NCBI GenBank assembly: GCA_001775055.1
Contig: MFBU01000014.1
Span: forward strand, 59,833-118,534
Source: Candidatus Curtissbacteria bacterium RIFCSPLOWO2_02_41_11
Lineage (GTDB): Bacteria > Patescibacteriota > Microgenomatia > Curtissbacterales > GWA2-41-24
Direction: 5' to 3'
DNA length: 58,702 bases
The notes under the pieces are model-generated. The model searched no databases. It was not told the DNA's origin and was given only the letters and a program-made list of their open reading frames with translations. Position 1 is the stretch's first letter, and the number at the start of each line of letters is the position of its first letter. Positions 8,552 through 18,300 of this stretch are shown piece after piece. The position numbers and the translations under genes are program-made.

Positions 8552-9619
8552 TCAGCCTAAGGTTAAATTTGAGTATCCGTGTTCAGCCAATATGTCAGTG
8601 ATTTTTAAAGGTTTATTTTCTCTCGTTGAAACTTTTTGAGTTTTCATTGAAATTAAAACATTTTTAGCTAGTTCTCTGATAACCGGAACCGACACACTGT
8701 TTCCGAATTGTTTATATGCTTGTAGATCACTAACTGGAATCATAAAAGAGTCGGGGAATCCTTGAAGACGTGCTGCTTCACGGGGTGTTAATTTTCTAGG
8801 ATTTTTTCCTTTTTGCTCAATTAAAATTTCCGACCCGTCCTTATAGTATCTGGCGGATATTGTGTTCGTGTATGAAGATTTTTCGCTGAATAGTCCATAA
8901 CCGAATCCATTTCCTTTTAATCTGTGCTCAATTTTTCTTCTTTTATGACCAGACCAAAGTTTGTCAGATATTGTATATTTTGGATCAAATTTTTTTTCAA
9001 GAATATCGCCTACTTTTGTTTTTTCTCTTGATGGGTTAGGGAAAGAAAAGCCAGCTTTACCAAGAAATGCCACTATATAAATTCTTTCCCTATTTTGAGG
9101 TAAACCAAAATCCTTTGCATTCAAAACCTTATGATAGACATTGTAACCAAGCTGGGTTAGAGTTTTATTAATTACTCTTAGCGTATTGCCGTTGTCGTGT
9201 GTACGAAGTCTCTTTACATTTTCCAAAAAAACAACCTTAGGCTTATGATAGTCTACTATTTTTGAAATATCGAAAAACAAAGTTCCTCGGGTGTCCCCGA
9301 AGCCTTTTTTAGTGCCTGCCTGTGAAAAAGGCTGGCAAGGGAAACCTGCTAAAAGAATATCAAAAAAAGGAATTTGCTCAGGTTTTATTTTTGTAATATC
9401 ACCACAAGGTATTTCTTTAAAATTGGCTTGATATGTAATCTGACAAGGACGATCCCATTCAGAAGAGAAAACACATTCGCCACCGAGGTCTTCAAATGGG
9501 ATTCTAATACCTCCAATTCCCGCAAAGAGATCAATGAATGTAAATTGTGACTTCATTTTTGAATTTGGGCTATCGAATAAAGATTTTATTTGGAGACTGT
9601 TTAATTTCGGGTAGGGCAT
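8552..9619 (-). CDS. dcm: DNA (cytosine-5)-methyltransferase
   Basis: FIDLFAGIGG (motif I), GFPCQPFS (motif IV), ENV (VI), QNRERIYIV (VIII), TPREAARLQGFPD, GNSVSVPV (X). The start may be the internal Met at 9556. Confidence 0.95.
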   Translation of the reverse strand: MPYPKLNSLQIKSLFDSPNSKMKSQFTFIDLFAGIGGIRIPFEDLGGECVFSSEWDRPCQITYQANFKEIPCGDITKIKPEQIPFFDILLAGFPCQPFSQAGTKKGFGDTRGTLFFDISKIVDYHKPKVVFLENVKRLRTHDNGNTLRVINKTLTQLGYNVYHKVLNAKDFGLPQNRERIYIVAFLGKAGFSFPNPSREKTKVGDILEKKFDPKYTISDKLWSGHKRRKIEHRLKGNGFGYGLFSEKSSYTNTISARYYKDGSEILIEQKGKNPRKLTPREAARLQGFPDSFMIPVSDLQAYKQFGNSVSVPVIRELAKNVLISMKTQKVSTRENKPLKITDILAEHGYSNLTLG

Positions 9620-9765
9620 TGGCTAAATAATACGAATAAAACCCGAAATTGTCAATAGCCCAAAAGGTTTTCTCCTTCTACTTTTAGAATACTTCAGTAT
9701 ATATGAAATGTCTACACAGAAAGGTTCAGGTTGCTCTTAATAAATTCTAGGGTCTCACATCTGAA

Positions 9766-9816
9766 GAAATTGCAATTGTGAAAGGACAAACTTTATCCGG
9801 AAGTTGAGAAGTATTT
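9766..9816 (+). repeat. island repeat R, copy 1
   Basis: gaaattgcaattgtgaaaggacaaactttatccggaagttgagaagtattt is similar to 11771..11820. Its second half is similar to 12309..12346 and its first half to 12964..12983. Confidence 0.6.
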
Positions 9817-9927
9817 AACGCAACCCATCCAATTATATCCTCCTCATAAGTAATTGGGATATTGACTTTCAAAACACAATATGTTACATAAAGAGCACAT
9901 TTATAATATAATAGACTTTTGTATAAC

Positions 9928-10143
9928 ATGGAAGAATCTAGACACGAGAGATTTAAGAGATTAGCCACGCTTCGGACAAATGCTGTTCTGGAAAAACTTC
10001 GCCTCCTAGGTAATCTCTCGAGCAAAACCAATTATGAATATACTGAAGAAGAACTTAGTAAAATTTTCGCTGCGATTGACGCACAACTTAGAATGATTAA
10101 AGCTTTATTTTCCGGCAAAAAGAAAAAGGAGTTTAAGCTATGA
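9928..10143 (+). CDS. small helical protein, translationally coupled to the GHKL ATPase gene
   Basis: About 71 aa. ATGA overlap with the ORF starting at 10140. No motif. ATG 9928 is preferred over TTG 9919. Confidence 0.5.
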   Translation: MEESRHERFKRLATLRTNAVLEKLRLLGNLSSKTNYEYTEEELSKIFAAIDAQLRMIKALFSGKKKKEFKL

Positions 10144-11651
10144 TGTTAAATGTTTTAAGTCAGCAAACTCCTAAAAGTAGTCGAAAGTTGGAATTTCGTG
10201 AACAATTCAGTCCACGTTTAATTTCGGCTCTTTATAAAAACTTTAAAGATGCAAATTCTGCGATTTTAGAACTTATCGACAATGCCATCGACGATAGAAT
10301 ACCCGGCAAACTATTTGTCATTACTGTTGAAGTCCATGGAAACAAAATCACTATTATAAATAAGGGCGGAAAGGGAATGGGACCACGGGAGTTAGAAGTA
10401 TTTTTCATTTGGGGGCAAAGTAAAAAAAGGGGCAAATTAGGTAGGTATGGTCAAGGGGGCAAAGCTGCGATGGGCTATTTGGGAAAATCTTGGAAAATTT
10501 CAACCACAAAAGCTGGCGATAAAAATGAATATATTATTGAAGAAAAAAATTGGGATGACAGAAGTGGAGGAATGAAACGTTATATACCCCTAGTCATTCC
10601 AGCGAGGCTCATTGAGGATGGAGTAGTACAAATCGACATTTGGAATCTTAAGAAAAAGATTCATAAAAAGGAACTGGCAATAGAACTAAGCAATGTTTAC
10701 CGTCCATTAATTCAATCTGAGGAAGTACGAATTATAGTAAATGGGAAAAGACTTATGCCATTTCCTATCCCCTTGTATTGGCCTGAGGATAAAATCTCTT
10801 TTAAAGTTAATGGAAAAAATAATATCTATGGATGGTTATCAATCCTTGAAGCCGGCAGTAGTATACGTGGAGGGGTGCGTTGTTACGAATACGGTAGACT
10901 AATTTCTGATAAAGAATTTTTTGGGCAAAAAGGTCCTACTTACAAAGAATCACTTGATAGTTTGATTGGAGAATTATACATAGATTTCGAAATTCCACTG
11001 TTAATGAACAAAACAGATTTTGACAGGGATTCTGAAAGCTGGAAAAAAATTAAACATGAGATGCAAATTCTCCTTGAACCTTATATCCAAAGCCTTCTGG
11101 ATACCCCAGAAAGAGATCTTCCTTCTGAAAAAGAAATAAAAGCAGTTGAAGATGCAGGTAATACATGGAAGGAGTTTTTGAAATATTTATTATATCAACA
11201 GAAAGAAGGAACATTACCTGGGTTACCAATTGATATTGGACAAAAACCACCCACTCCTAGAAAAGAAAATAGAAATGATACTGAGCAAGAAGAAATGAAA
11301 ATTATTGAAAAAAGCCAATACAATCCTGCAACTCCTCCACCTTTAGATAAAATAGGTGCCAGGAAACGTACTGGTGGATATCTTAGGCCTATCCCTAAAC
11401 CATTGCCAGAAACTGACAGATATCAAATTGGTGAGGAAAATGGAGAAAAAGTTATTTTTATAAATACAAGATTTCCAATTTACAAGTTACGAAGAAATCA
11501 ACTTCATCTTTATACATGCGAAACATTAGTTTGTGAATATGCAAAATCTGAAGATCCTGAAAGCCAAACCGTTAAAGAATATATCGAAGATATGAATGAA
11601 ATGCTAAAAAATTTAGGAATTTTTATCAAAACTAAAAAAATTAAAATTTAA
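10140..11651 (+). CDS. GHKL-superfamily (HATPase_c_3 / MORC-MutL-like) ATPase
   Basis: N-box ILELIDNAIDD and G-box GRYGQGGKAAMGYLG near the N-terminus. 503 aa. Divergent from dcm-vsr. Confidence 0.75.
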   Translation: MMLNVLSQQTPKSSRKLEFREQFSPRLISALYKNFKDANSAILELIDNAIDDRIPGKLFVITVEVHGNKITIINKGGKGMGPRELEVFFIWGQSKKRGKLGRYGQGGKAAMGYLGKSWKISTTKAGDKNEYIIEEKNWDDRSGGMKRYIPLVIPARLIEDGVVQIDIWNLKKKIHKKELAIELSNVYRPLIQSEEVRIIVNGKRLMPFPIPLYWPEDKISFKVNGKNNIYGWLSILEAGSSIRGGVRCYEYGRLISDKEFFGQKGPTYKESLDSLIGELYIDFEIPLLMNKTDFDRDSESWKKIKHEMQILLEPYIQSLLDTPERDLPSEKEIKAVEDAGNTWKEFLKYLLYQQKEGTLPGLPIDIGQKPPTPRKENRNDTEQEEMKIIEKSQYNPATPPPLDKIGARKRTGGYLRPIPKPLPETDRYQIGEENGEKVIFINTRFPIYKLRRNQLHLYTCETLVCEYAKSEDPESQTVKEYIEDMNEMLKNLGIFIKTKKIKI

Positions 11652-11700
11652 TCTGAAAACATAAGTTAATGGGATATATTCTACAATGCAACGGCCTCAT

Positions 11701-11820
11701 GCGGGCTTGCCCTGAGCTTAGTTTACACTGAGTTTATCGAAGTGAAGGGAAGGACGTCAAACGTCCCAGGGAAATTGCAATTGTGGAAGAATAAACTTTA
11801 TTCAGAAGTTAAAGAATATT
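11701..11820 (+). repeat. island repeat: GC-rich module + R, copy 2
   Basis: gcgggcttgccctgag...gaagggaaggacgtcaaacgtcccaggg followed by gaaattgcaattgtggaagaataaactttattcagaagttaaagaatatt. The GC-rich part recurs at 12915..12963. Confidence 0.65.
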
Positions 11821-11832
11821 ATGTCAACTAGA

Positions 11833-11973
11833 ATGAATAAAGAGAAGATTATGGATAGCCTCGAAAGTGAACTATTCTTGCTCGACAAAAAAGTTAATTG
11901 GAAAATCGCTGAATCGATGGAAATTGCCAAAAGCATGAATTATATTTTAAACAACTGGGAAGTACTTAAATGA
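11833..11973 (+). pseudogene. 46-codon fragment resembling an IS66-family transposase C-terminal segment
   Basis: AKSMNYILNNWEVL resembles the conserved Y-x-L-N-x-W-x-x-L segment of IS66 transposases. Far too short to be functional. Confidence 0.35.
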
Positions 11974-12215
11974 AAGCGATAATTATTGCAAGGGTTAGCA
12001 CCGAAGAACAAAGAGAAGCAGAAAATTCCTTACCTGCCCAGTTATCCAGACTTGAAAGTTATTGCCAGAGAAAAAATTTCGATATTATCAAGAAATTTAG
12101 CTTTGATGAAAGTGCTTATAAGAAAAAACGCAAAGATTTTGATGACATATATGAAAGCAATACCAGAGCAAAAACAAAGACCACCCCTTTGTTATGGCTG
12201 CGAGCACTTTATTAA
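11970..12215 (+). pseudogene. truncated serine recombinase (N-terminal catalytic fragment only)
   Basis: MKAIIIARVSTEEQ...SLPAQ is the resolvase/invertase catalytic Ser motif. Similarity is lost after about 60 codons, where another frame (11986..12306) takes over. Confidence 0.7.
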
Positions 12216-12308
12216 AGGCGGTGACTGCGAGCTCAAATTGTGGCCAATCGGTAATGTTTTTATGGATGTTATCAATTACACTTGTCCCTCTTTTAAGAAA
12301 AGGTAAAA

Positions 12309-12346
12309 GAAATCGACAAACGTTATCCAGAAGTTGAAAAGAGTTT
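12309..12346 (+). repeat. island repeat R, partial copy (second half)
   Basis: gaaatcgacaaacgttatccagaagttgaaaagagttt aligns to the 3' half of 9766..9816. Confidence 0.45.
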
Positions 12347-12366
12347 GGTTTATAAATATTAATGTT

Positions 12367-12765
12367 ATGACAAATTTTGATATTAACAAATTTAAAAACT
12401 TAAATACAGAAAGTCAAAGATATACCAGACGGATCAGCTTCTTAAATTCTATAGGTATCGATACTCAGCATATAGAGAAAACAGTTGAACAGGCCGCGCA
12501 GAATTTCACTGGCCATTTCAAATCTTTTGTGATTTACGGAGAACCACAGAGCGGAAAAACCGAAATGATGATTGCCTTGACTGCAAAATTGTTGGATTTT
12601 GGTTATAAAATCGTAATCATTCTCTTAAATGATAATTTGCAGTTACTGAATCAGAATCTCGACAGGTTTAGGAAATCCGGAATTGATCCTACCCCCGTCA
12701 ACGTTTGTGGTGATATTGGGGACGGTCCTCGGAAGTATTGTTACAGCAGGCCAAACAAAACATAG
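12367..12765 (+). pseudogene. truncated P-loop NTPase fragment (N-terminus of a Z1-domain-type protein)
   Basis: Walker A in FVIYGEPQSGKTEMMIALTAKLL followed by IVIILLNDN. The ORF ends after about 130 aa, just before repeat debris. The Z1 assignment rests on remembered family features and the gene neighbourhood. Confidence 0.5.
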
Positions 12766-12810
12766 TATAATTAGAAAAACAGATTGACAATCAGTTTATG
12801 ATTCGATAGA

Positions 12811-12850
12811 TTCGACAAGCCCTTCGACCGTGAGCTCAGGGTCGAATCGG
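12811..12850 (+). repeat. GC-rich palindromic element
   Basis: ttcgacaagcccttcgaccgtgagctcagggtcgaatcgg. A 7-bp stem ttcgacc/ggtcgaa surrounds gtgagctcag. GC-rich against the AT-rich background. Confidence 0.6.
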
Positions 12851-12914
12851 CTCACTATAAATTTACTCCCTCCAAAGGCGGGTAGGCACCACAGGTAAAC
12901 TCTATGGTCTCCCA

Positions 12915-12983
12915 CCGGCTTGCCCTGAGTTTTGCCGAAGGGAAGAACGTCAAACGTCCCAGGGAAATTGCAATCGTGGAAAA
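12915..12983 (+). repeat. island repeat: GC-rich module + R first half, copy 3
   Basis: ccggcttgccctgagttttgccgaagggaagaacgtcaaacgtcccagggaaattgcaatcgtggaaaa is near-identical in blocks to 11703..11790. Confidence 0.65.
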
Positions 12984-13022
12984 TTCTGAATTGGTAAATA
13001 TTATTTGATTTATCAACTAATA

Positions 13023-13445
13023 TTACAAATCCGATGCCAATTTATAGCCTTTTGATTTATAGACCTTATCAAAACTAAAGATCGCATCTGCTTCATATTC
13101 GTCTGCAACGGCCATAACTACACAGTCGAACAAGGTATTTTTCTTACCTGTTGTCGGCCTGAAATAGTTTATCGCATTTGTTAAAGTATTTTGATTTACT
13201 TCTGCAACATTAACGTTTGGATCAGCAAAAACAGCAGCTGTGCCGTAAGCAGTTGCACCGCTATTAAGTCTTCCTTGTAGCACAGTTGTAGCCTCTAAAA
13301 CCGCAGTTGCCGGATAAATAACCTGAGCGCCTAGATTATTAAGTTTATCTGAAATGCTAACAGCACGCCCGTGGTTAGAATCATTGGGATAAGCTTGGGC
13401 TACAATAGCATCTGCATCAACAATTACCACTGGCGAATTACTCAT
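13023..13445 (-). CDS. vapC: PIN-domain toxin (VapC-like)
   Basis: VVIVDADAIVA at the N-terminus plus later acidic residues. 8-nt overlap with the upstream small RHH gene. Confidence 0.7.
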   Translation of the reverse strand: MSNSPVVIVDADAIVAQAYPNDSNHGRAVSISDKLNNLGAQVIYPATAVLEATTVLQGRLNSGATAYGTAAVFADPNVNVAEVNQNTLTNAINYFRPTTGKKNTLFDCVVMAVADEYEADAIFSFDKVYKSKGYKLASDL

Positions 13446-13704
13446 TGCTGTTTTTATTTATTCCCCAAAGGTATTTATCTAAATTTGCAGATAAATCCCT
13501 GGGGCCTTTGGGCTTATACTTTTCTCCAACTTCGGCAATTTTGAGCAATGCACGGGCAGAAACAGTTCCTTGTTGAGCCACAGCAGAAATGCCTTTTTCC
13601 AAAGCTTGTCTTATTATTTCTGCCTTACTCTTTTTTTGAGTTTCAGCGGTAAGCTTTATTCTTTTTTCTAATTGTTCCGGAATATAAAGATATGTTTTTA
13701 GCAT
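13438..13704 (-). CDS. vapB: ribbon-helix-helix antitoxin (VapB/CopG-like)
   Basis: MLKTYLYIPEQLEKRIKLTAETQKKSKAEIIRQALEKG is an RHH pattern. The internal Met at 13704 is preferred over the ORF start at 13755. Confidence 0.65.
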   Translation of the reverse strand: MLKTYLYIPEQLEKRIKLTAETQKKSKAEIIRQALEKGISAVAQQGTVSARALLKIAEVGEKYKPKGPRDLSANLDKYLWGINKNSNE

Positions 13705-13770
13705 GTTATAAGTATAATATGTTGTACAACATGTTGTCAACCAGTTCCTTATCACAGAAGGTTTGTTGTC

Positions 13771-13835
13771 ACATCCACTTCCGAGGTGTACTGGGTTTGC
13801 ACATCGGGATTATTCCTCCATTCTCAAATTCTTCC
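13771..13835 (+). repeat. hairpin repeat family H, copy 1
   Basis: acatccacttccgaggtgtactgggtttgcacatcgggattattcctccattctcaaattcttcc. Differs from 14432..14496 at 2 positions. Stem ccgaggtg/cacatcgg. Confidence 0.8.
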
Positions 13836-14029
13836 CCGTCCTGAACGAAGTTGATTAAAGGGGGAGAGTCCTATAGTTGCTTTTGCAAAGAAAGAGTGTT
13901 AATATATACGTCAGTTTAAATCAGAAGCGTTTTAAAAGTTTTCGATACTTCAAGAAATTAATTTTTCTCCATATCTTTAAACTTCTAAATTCAAATCTTA
14001 TTTAAATACCCAAGAAAGGAGGTAGATAT

Positions 14030-14332
14030 ATGGCAAAAAGATTATTCGTTGGAAATCTTACCTACAGTGCGACAAGCGCACAATTAGAGGAACTTTTTTC
14101 TCAGGTAGGAAAAATTACCAGCCTAAATTTAATTACAGACAAATTTTCTGGCCAAAGCAAAGGTTTTGCTTTTGTGGAATTAACCACAGATGCAGAAGCC
14201 GATGAAGCGATTAAAAAATTCAACAATTTTGAATTGGATGGTCGAAAAATGGTCGTTAACGAGGCACGCCCTCAAGAGAAGAAAGACAGTTCAGGCGGCG
14301 ACAGAAGATACGACAAACCAAGAAGTTGGTAA
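14030..14332 (+). CDS. RRM-type RNA-binding protein
   Basis: RNP-2 LFVGNL and RNP-1 KGFAFVEL. Strong SD (aaggagg) upstream. Confidence 0.9.
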   Translation: MAKRLFVGNLTYSATSAQLEELFSQVGKITSLNLITDKFSGQSKGFAFVELTTDAEADEAIKKFNNFELDGRKMVVNEARPQEKKDSSGGDRRYDKPRSW

Positions 14333-14431
14333 GCTTTTTTAAAAAGTAGGCATTTTATGCAAAAGAGTGCAAACCAAAATGCGTTTTCGTTGCGGCAAAG
14401 TCCGTATCTTTTCTAGTGGCCCAAAAGCACT

Positions 14432-14496
14432 ACATCCACTTCCGAGGTGTACTGAATTTGCACATCGGGATTATTCCTCCATTCTCAAATTCTTCC
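14432..14496 (+). repeat. hairpin repeat family H, copy 2
   Basis: Near-identical to 13771..13835. Lies 73 nt upstream of the start of ORF 14569. Confidence 0.8.
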
Positions 14497-14568
14497 TTTG
14501 AATCTCATATATGTTCGTGCTTAAATGTCCAAACTAAGGTAAAATATATCTAAAGGAGGTGATTTAAT

Positions 14569-14895
14569 ATGAGCGATGATGATAAATCAAAAACAGATGA
14601 AGTTGCAGAAGAAGCAGCCGAAGAGACAAAAGCTGAAGTAGAGGAAGAAGCCGACGAAAAACCGGCAGAAGAAGCGGGTACCCAAGAGCCAGAAGCGGAG
14701 GAACCAGAAGCTGACAAACCGAAAGAGGAAGCAGCATCAGGCGATGCAACACCTGCAGAAGTTGACCAACAAGGCCGCCAGCTTTACAACGTAAAGTGCA
14801 GCAATTGCGGAAGAGATACACAAGTTCCTTTTAAGCCTTCGGGTGACAGGCCGGTTTACTGTCGAGATTGCTACATGCAAAAGAAAAACTCATAG
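14569..14895 (+). CDS. acidic protein with C-terminal CxxC...CxxC zinc ribbon
   Basis: E/A/K-rich N-terminal half, then CSNCGRDTQVPFKPSGDRPVYCRDCY. SD aaaggagg upstream. Confidence 0.7.
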   Translation: MSDDDKSKTDEVAEEAAEETKAEVEEEADEKPAEEAGTQEPEAEEPEADKPKEEAASGDATPAEVDQQGRQLYNVKCSNCGRDTQVPFKPSGDRPVYCRDCYMQKKNS

Positions 14896-14900
14896 TTTTT

Positions 14901-14928
14901 AAAAATATACTAATTGGTATATTTTTTA
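14901..14928 (+). terminator. rho-independent terminator-like hairpin
   Basis: aaaaatatac-taattg-gtatattttt followed by T residues, right after the stop at 14895. Confidence 0.6.
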
Positions 14929-15062
14929 CTAAAGCCTTATATGTGGGCTTTTTTGATATGGCTGAAATTGACACTTTTTACCTAAAAGTTCTAGAATTTC
15001 ACGATGAGAGATTCTTCGTATAGAGTAAACCAAGTCCGACCTCGTCGCTCAAATTCTGTAAT

Positions 15063-15091
15063 TTGACAAAACACTTGTCAGGTGGTATAAA
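15063..15091 (+). promoter_or_regulatory. putative rpoBC promoter
   Basis: TTGACA(15063)-N17-TATAAA(15086) with TGg directly upstream (extended -10). About 215 nt upstream of the rpoB start. Confidence 0.55.
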
Positions 15092-15308
15092 ATCAAACTA
15101 GACAATCCTTGAATAAGGGGTATTTTTTGTACCTTCTTATTTTTTGTCGTGAGAAAACCTGTGGATCATTCCTACAACTAGATTTAAAAGACCTCTTTTG
15201 GTCTTAGGTGATCCTCCCAAAAGATTTGCTAGTTTAACCCAAAGCCAGTATAGAGAAGTCAATTATTTGGGATAAACTGCACAAGTTTTAAACCAATTAT
15301 ATAAACTA

Positions 15309-18300
15309 GTGACAAAAAGAATCTCCTGGGGACAACCTTCCAATATCAATTTGCCCTCTCTGGACTTGATTCAAGTTCAGAGAGAATCCTTTAGTGAGTT
15401 TTTAGATAAGGGAATCCGCGAAATCTTGAATGAAGTTTCGCCAATCGAGGACTTTACCGGCAAAAACTTTACTTTAACATTTGGCAACTACAGCTTTGGC
15501 AAATCCAAATATGGCCCGCAAGAAGCCATTGAAAAAGGCGTGACCTATGATCTCCCTCTTAAACTTGAGGCCCAAGTTGTTAATAAGCAAACGGGAGGCA
15601 AAAATTCTCAAGAGGTTTTTTTGTGTGATCTGCCGGTAATGCTTGAGAAAGGTTCTTTTGTTATTAACGGTATTGAAAGGGCGGTTGTTACCCAACTGGT
15701 AAGAGCTCCCGGAGTTTATTATTCCGGCGAAATCGACCCCCAAAGTGGGAAAATGCTTTATAGCTGCGAGATCAGACCGCTTCATGGTTCTTGGCTGGAA
15801 TTTGCCATTACTAAAAACGATCTAATTACAGTCAAAATTGACAGACGCCGAAAATTCCCGGTAACTACCTTTTTGAGGGCAATCGGTTTTTCCGAAAGTC
15901 AATCAATCATCAAGCTGTTTAGCTTCGTAAAAGACGAACAGGCAAAAAAGCTTCTTAACAATACTTTTGCCAAAGATACCACAACCTTACAAGAGGAAGC
16001 ATTGTTGGAGATTTACAGAAGAATGCGCCCGGGCGATCACGTAATTTTGGATAATGCTAAGTCTTTGTTAGAAAACATGTTTTTTAACCCGCGCCGTTAC
16101 TCTTTAGGAAAGGTTGGTAGGTATAAGATTGAGAAGCGCCTAAAATATATCAAAGATCACTTGACAATCGAGGCTCACCAGGATAAAGACAGTCAAATCC
16201 TGACCCCCTCAGATTTTGTTGCTGCCATTGTTTATCTTTTCGAATTAATGGCAGGTCGTGGCCGAGTTGATGATATTGATCATCTCGGTAACAGAAGAGT
16301 CCGACGTGTTGGTGAGCTAGTTGCTCAAAACGCCTTTAGGGTCGGAATTTTAAGACTTGAGAGGGTAATTAAGGAAAGAATGAGCCTAACACCTACCGAT
16401 ACTGTCCCTTCTCCAGCATCATTGATTAATGCCAGACCAATAATTTCGGCAATCAATGAGTTTTTTCGATCTAGTCAGCTTTCAACAATTTTGGATCAGA
16501 CAAACCCTCTTTCGGAAGTGGATAATTTAAGACGCTTGACAGTAATGGGTACAGGTGGCATTGCCAGAGAACGCGCCGCTTTTTCGATTCGCGATATTAA
16601 TCATTCTCAATATTCAAGAATTTGTCCGATTCGTTCACCAGAGGGCCCGAATATCGGACTTGTTACCTATATGGCTCTTTATTGTCGGGTTAATGAATAT
16701 GGATTTTTGGAAGCGCCGTACCGCAGGGTTGTCAAGGATAAAAATGGCAAAGCGAAGGTGACTGATGAGATTATTTACATGGCCGCCGATGATGAGGAAA
16801 ATTATCATATCACCCATGCCCAAGTACCAATAGACTCCAAGGGCTATTTTTGGGAAGAGAGCATCCCGGTTCGCTATAAAGGTGAGTTTACGACCGCCTC
16901 CCGGGATTTGGTTGAATTTATCGATGTTGTCCCAAGACAGGTCGTGGGAACATCGGCGTCATTAATTCCATTTTTGGCCCATGATGAGGCTAATCGGGCA
17001 CTGATGGGTACTCATATGCAGTGTCAGGCCGTACCGCTGATAAAACCCAAGGCTCCGATTATCGGAACCGGCATGGAGGAAATTGTCGGTTTTAACATGG
17101 GCCGAGTTGTCAAAGCACCGCAAGATGGAGAAATAGTTTATGTTGACAGTAAAAAAGTTATTTTGAAAACAAAACCGCAAGGCGTGGCCAAATCTGGGGA
17201 GATTACTTTCCCTATCAACAAGTTTTCTCGATCTCCCCAAAGTACCTGTTATTCTCAAAGGCCACGGGTCGTTATGAGGCAAAAAGTAAAAAAGGGAGAT
17301 GTGCTTATCGACGGTTCAGCAACTGATGAGAGTGAGTTGGCCTTAGGTCAAAATTTGACTATCGCCTACATGAGTTTTGACGGCCTTGGTTACGAGGATG
17401 CAATTGTTATTTCCGATCGACTTTCCAAAGAAGATATTTTGACCTCAATTCATATTGAAGAATACGAGACTACTGTTGTTGAGACCAAACTTGGACCGGA
17501 AGAAACAACCCGTGATATCCCCAATGTTTCCGAAGAGGATTTGGCCAAACTGGACGAAAATGGCATCGTGGTTGTTGGTGCCGAAGTTAGGCCAAATGAT
17601 ATCCTCGTTGGCAAAATAGCACCAAAAGGTGAGACCGAGCTGACCGCAGAAGAAAGGCTGCTCCGCACAATTTTCGGCGAAAAGGCTCGCGAAGTCCGGG
17701 ATACCTCTCTTCGAGTGCCGCATGGTGAAAAGGGAACTGTTATCGATGTCAAAATTCTCTCTCGCGATAAAGGCGATGAACTGGAGCACGGGGCGCTGGC
17801 AAAAATCATTGTTAAAGTTGCCCAAATGCGTAAAGTGGTTGTCGGAGACAAACTCGCAGGGCGTCATGGTAACAAGGGCGTTATTTCCAAAATTGTGCCG
17901 ACTTCCGATATGCCTCACCTTGCCGATGGTACACCTATTGACATTATCATTAGTCCCCTCTCGGTACTTTCTAGGATGAATTTAGGTCAACTTTTGGAAA
18001 CTCATCTCGGTTGGGCTGTTCATACTTTAGGTTACAAGGTTGCCATGCCTGTTTTTGAGCATGTTTCTGAAGAAAAAGTTATTGAGGAGCTTAAACGTGC
18101 CAATCTACCTGAAGATGGCCGAATTACACTTTATGACGGCAGGACAGGTTTACCGTTTGATCGACCGATTGTCGTTGGCAATACTTACATTATGAAACTG
18201 ATCCACATGGTTGAAGATAAAACCCACGCCAGAAGTACCGGGCCATACTCCTTAATTACCCAGCAGCCACTGGGCGGTAAAGCTCAAATGGGTGGTCAAA

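Noticed and set aside
11986-12306. 106-aa ORF in the alternative frame of the recombinase stump, with a Cys-rich end (CYGCEHFIKGGDCE...CPSFKK)
   Set aside because: The N-terminal two thirds are just the wrong frame of the serine-recombinase fragment. The Cys-rich tail may be another gene remnant, but nothing supports an intact gene.
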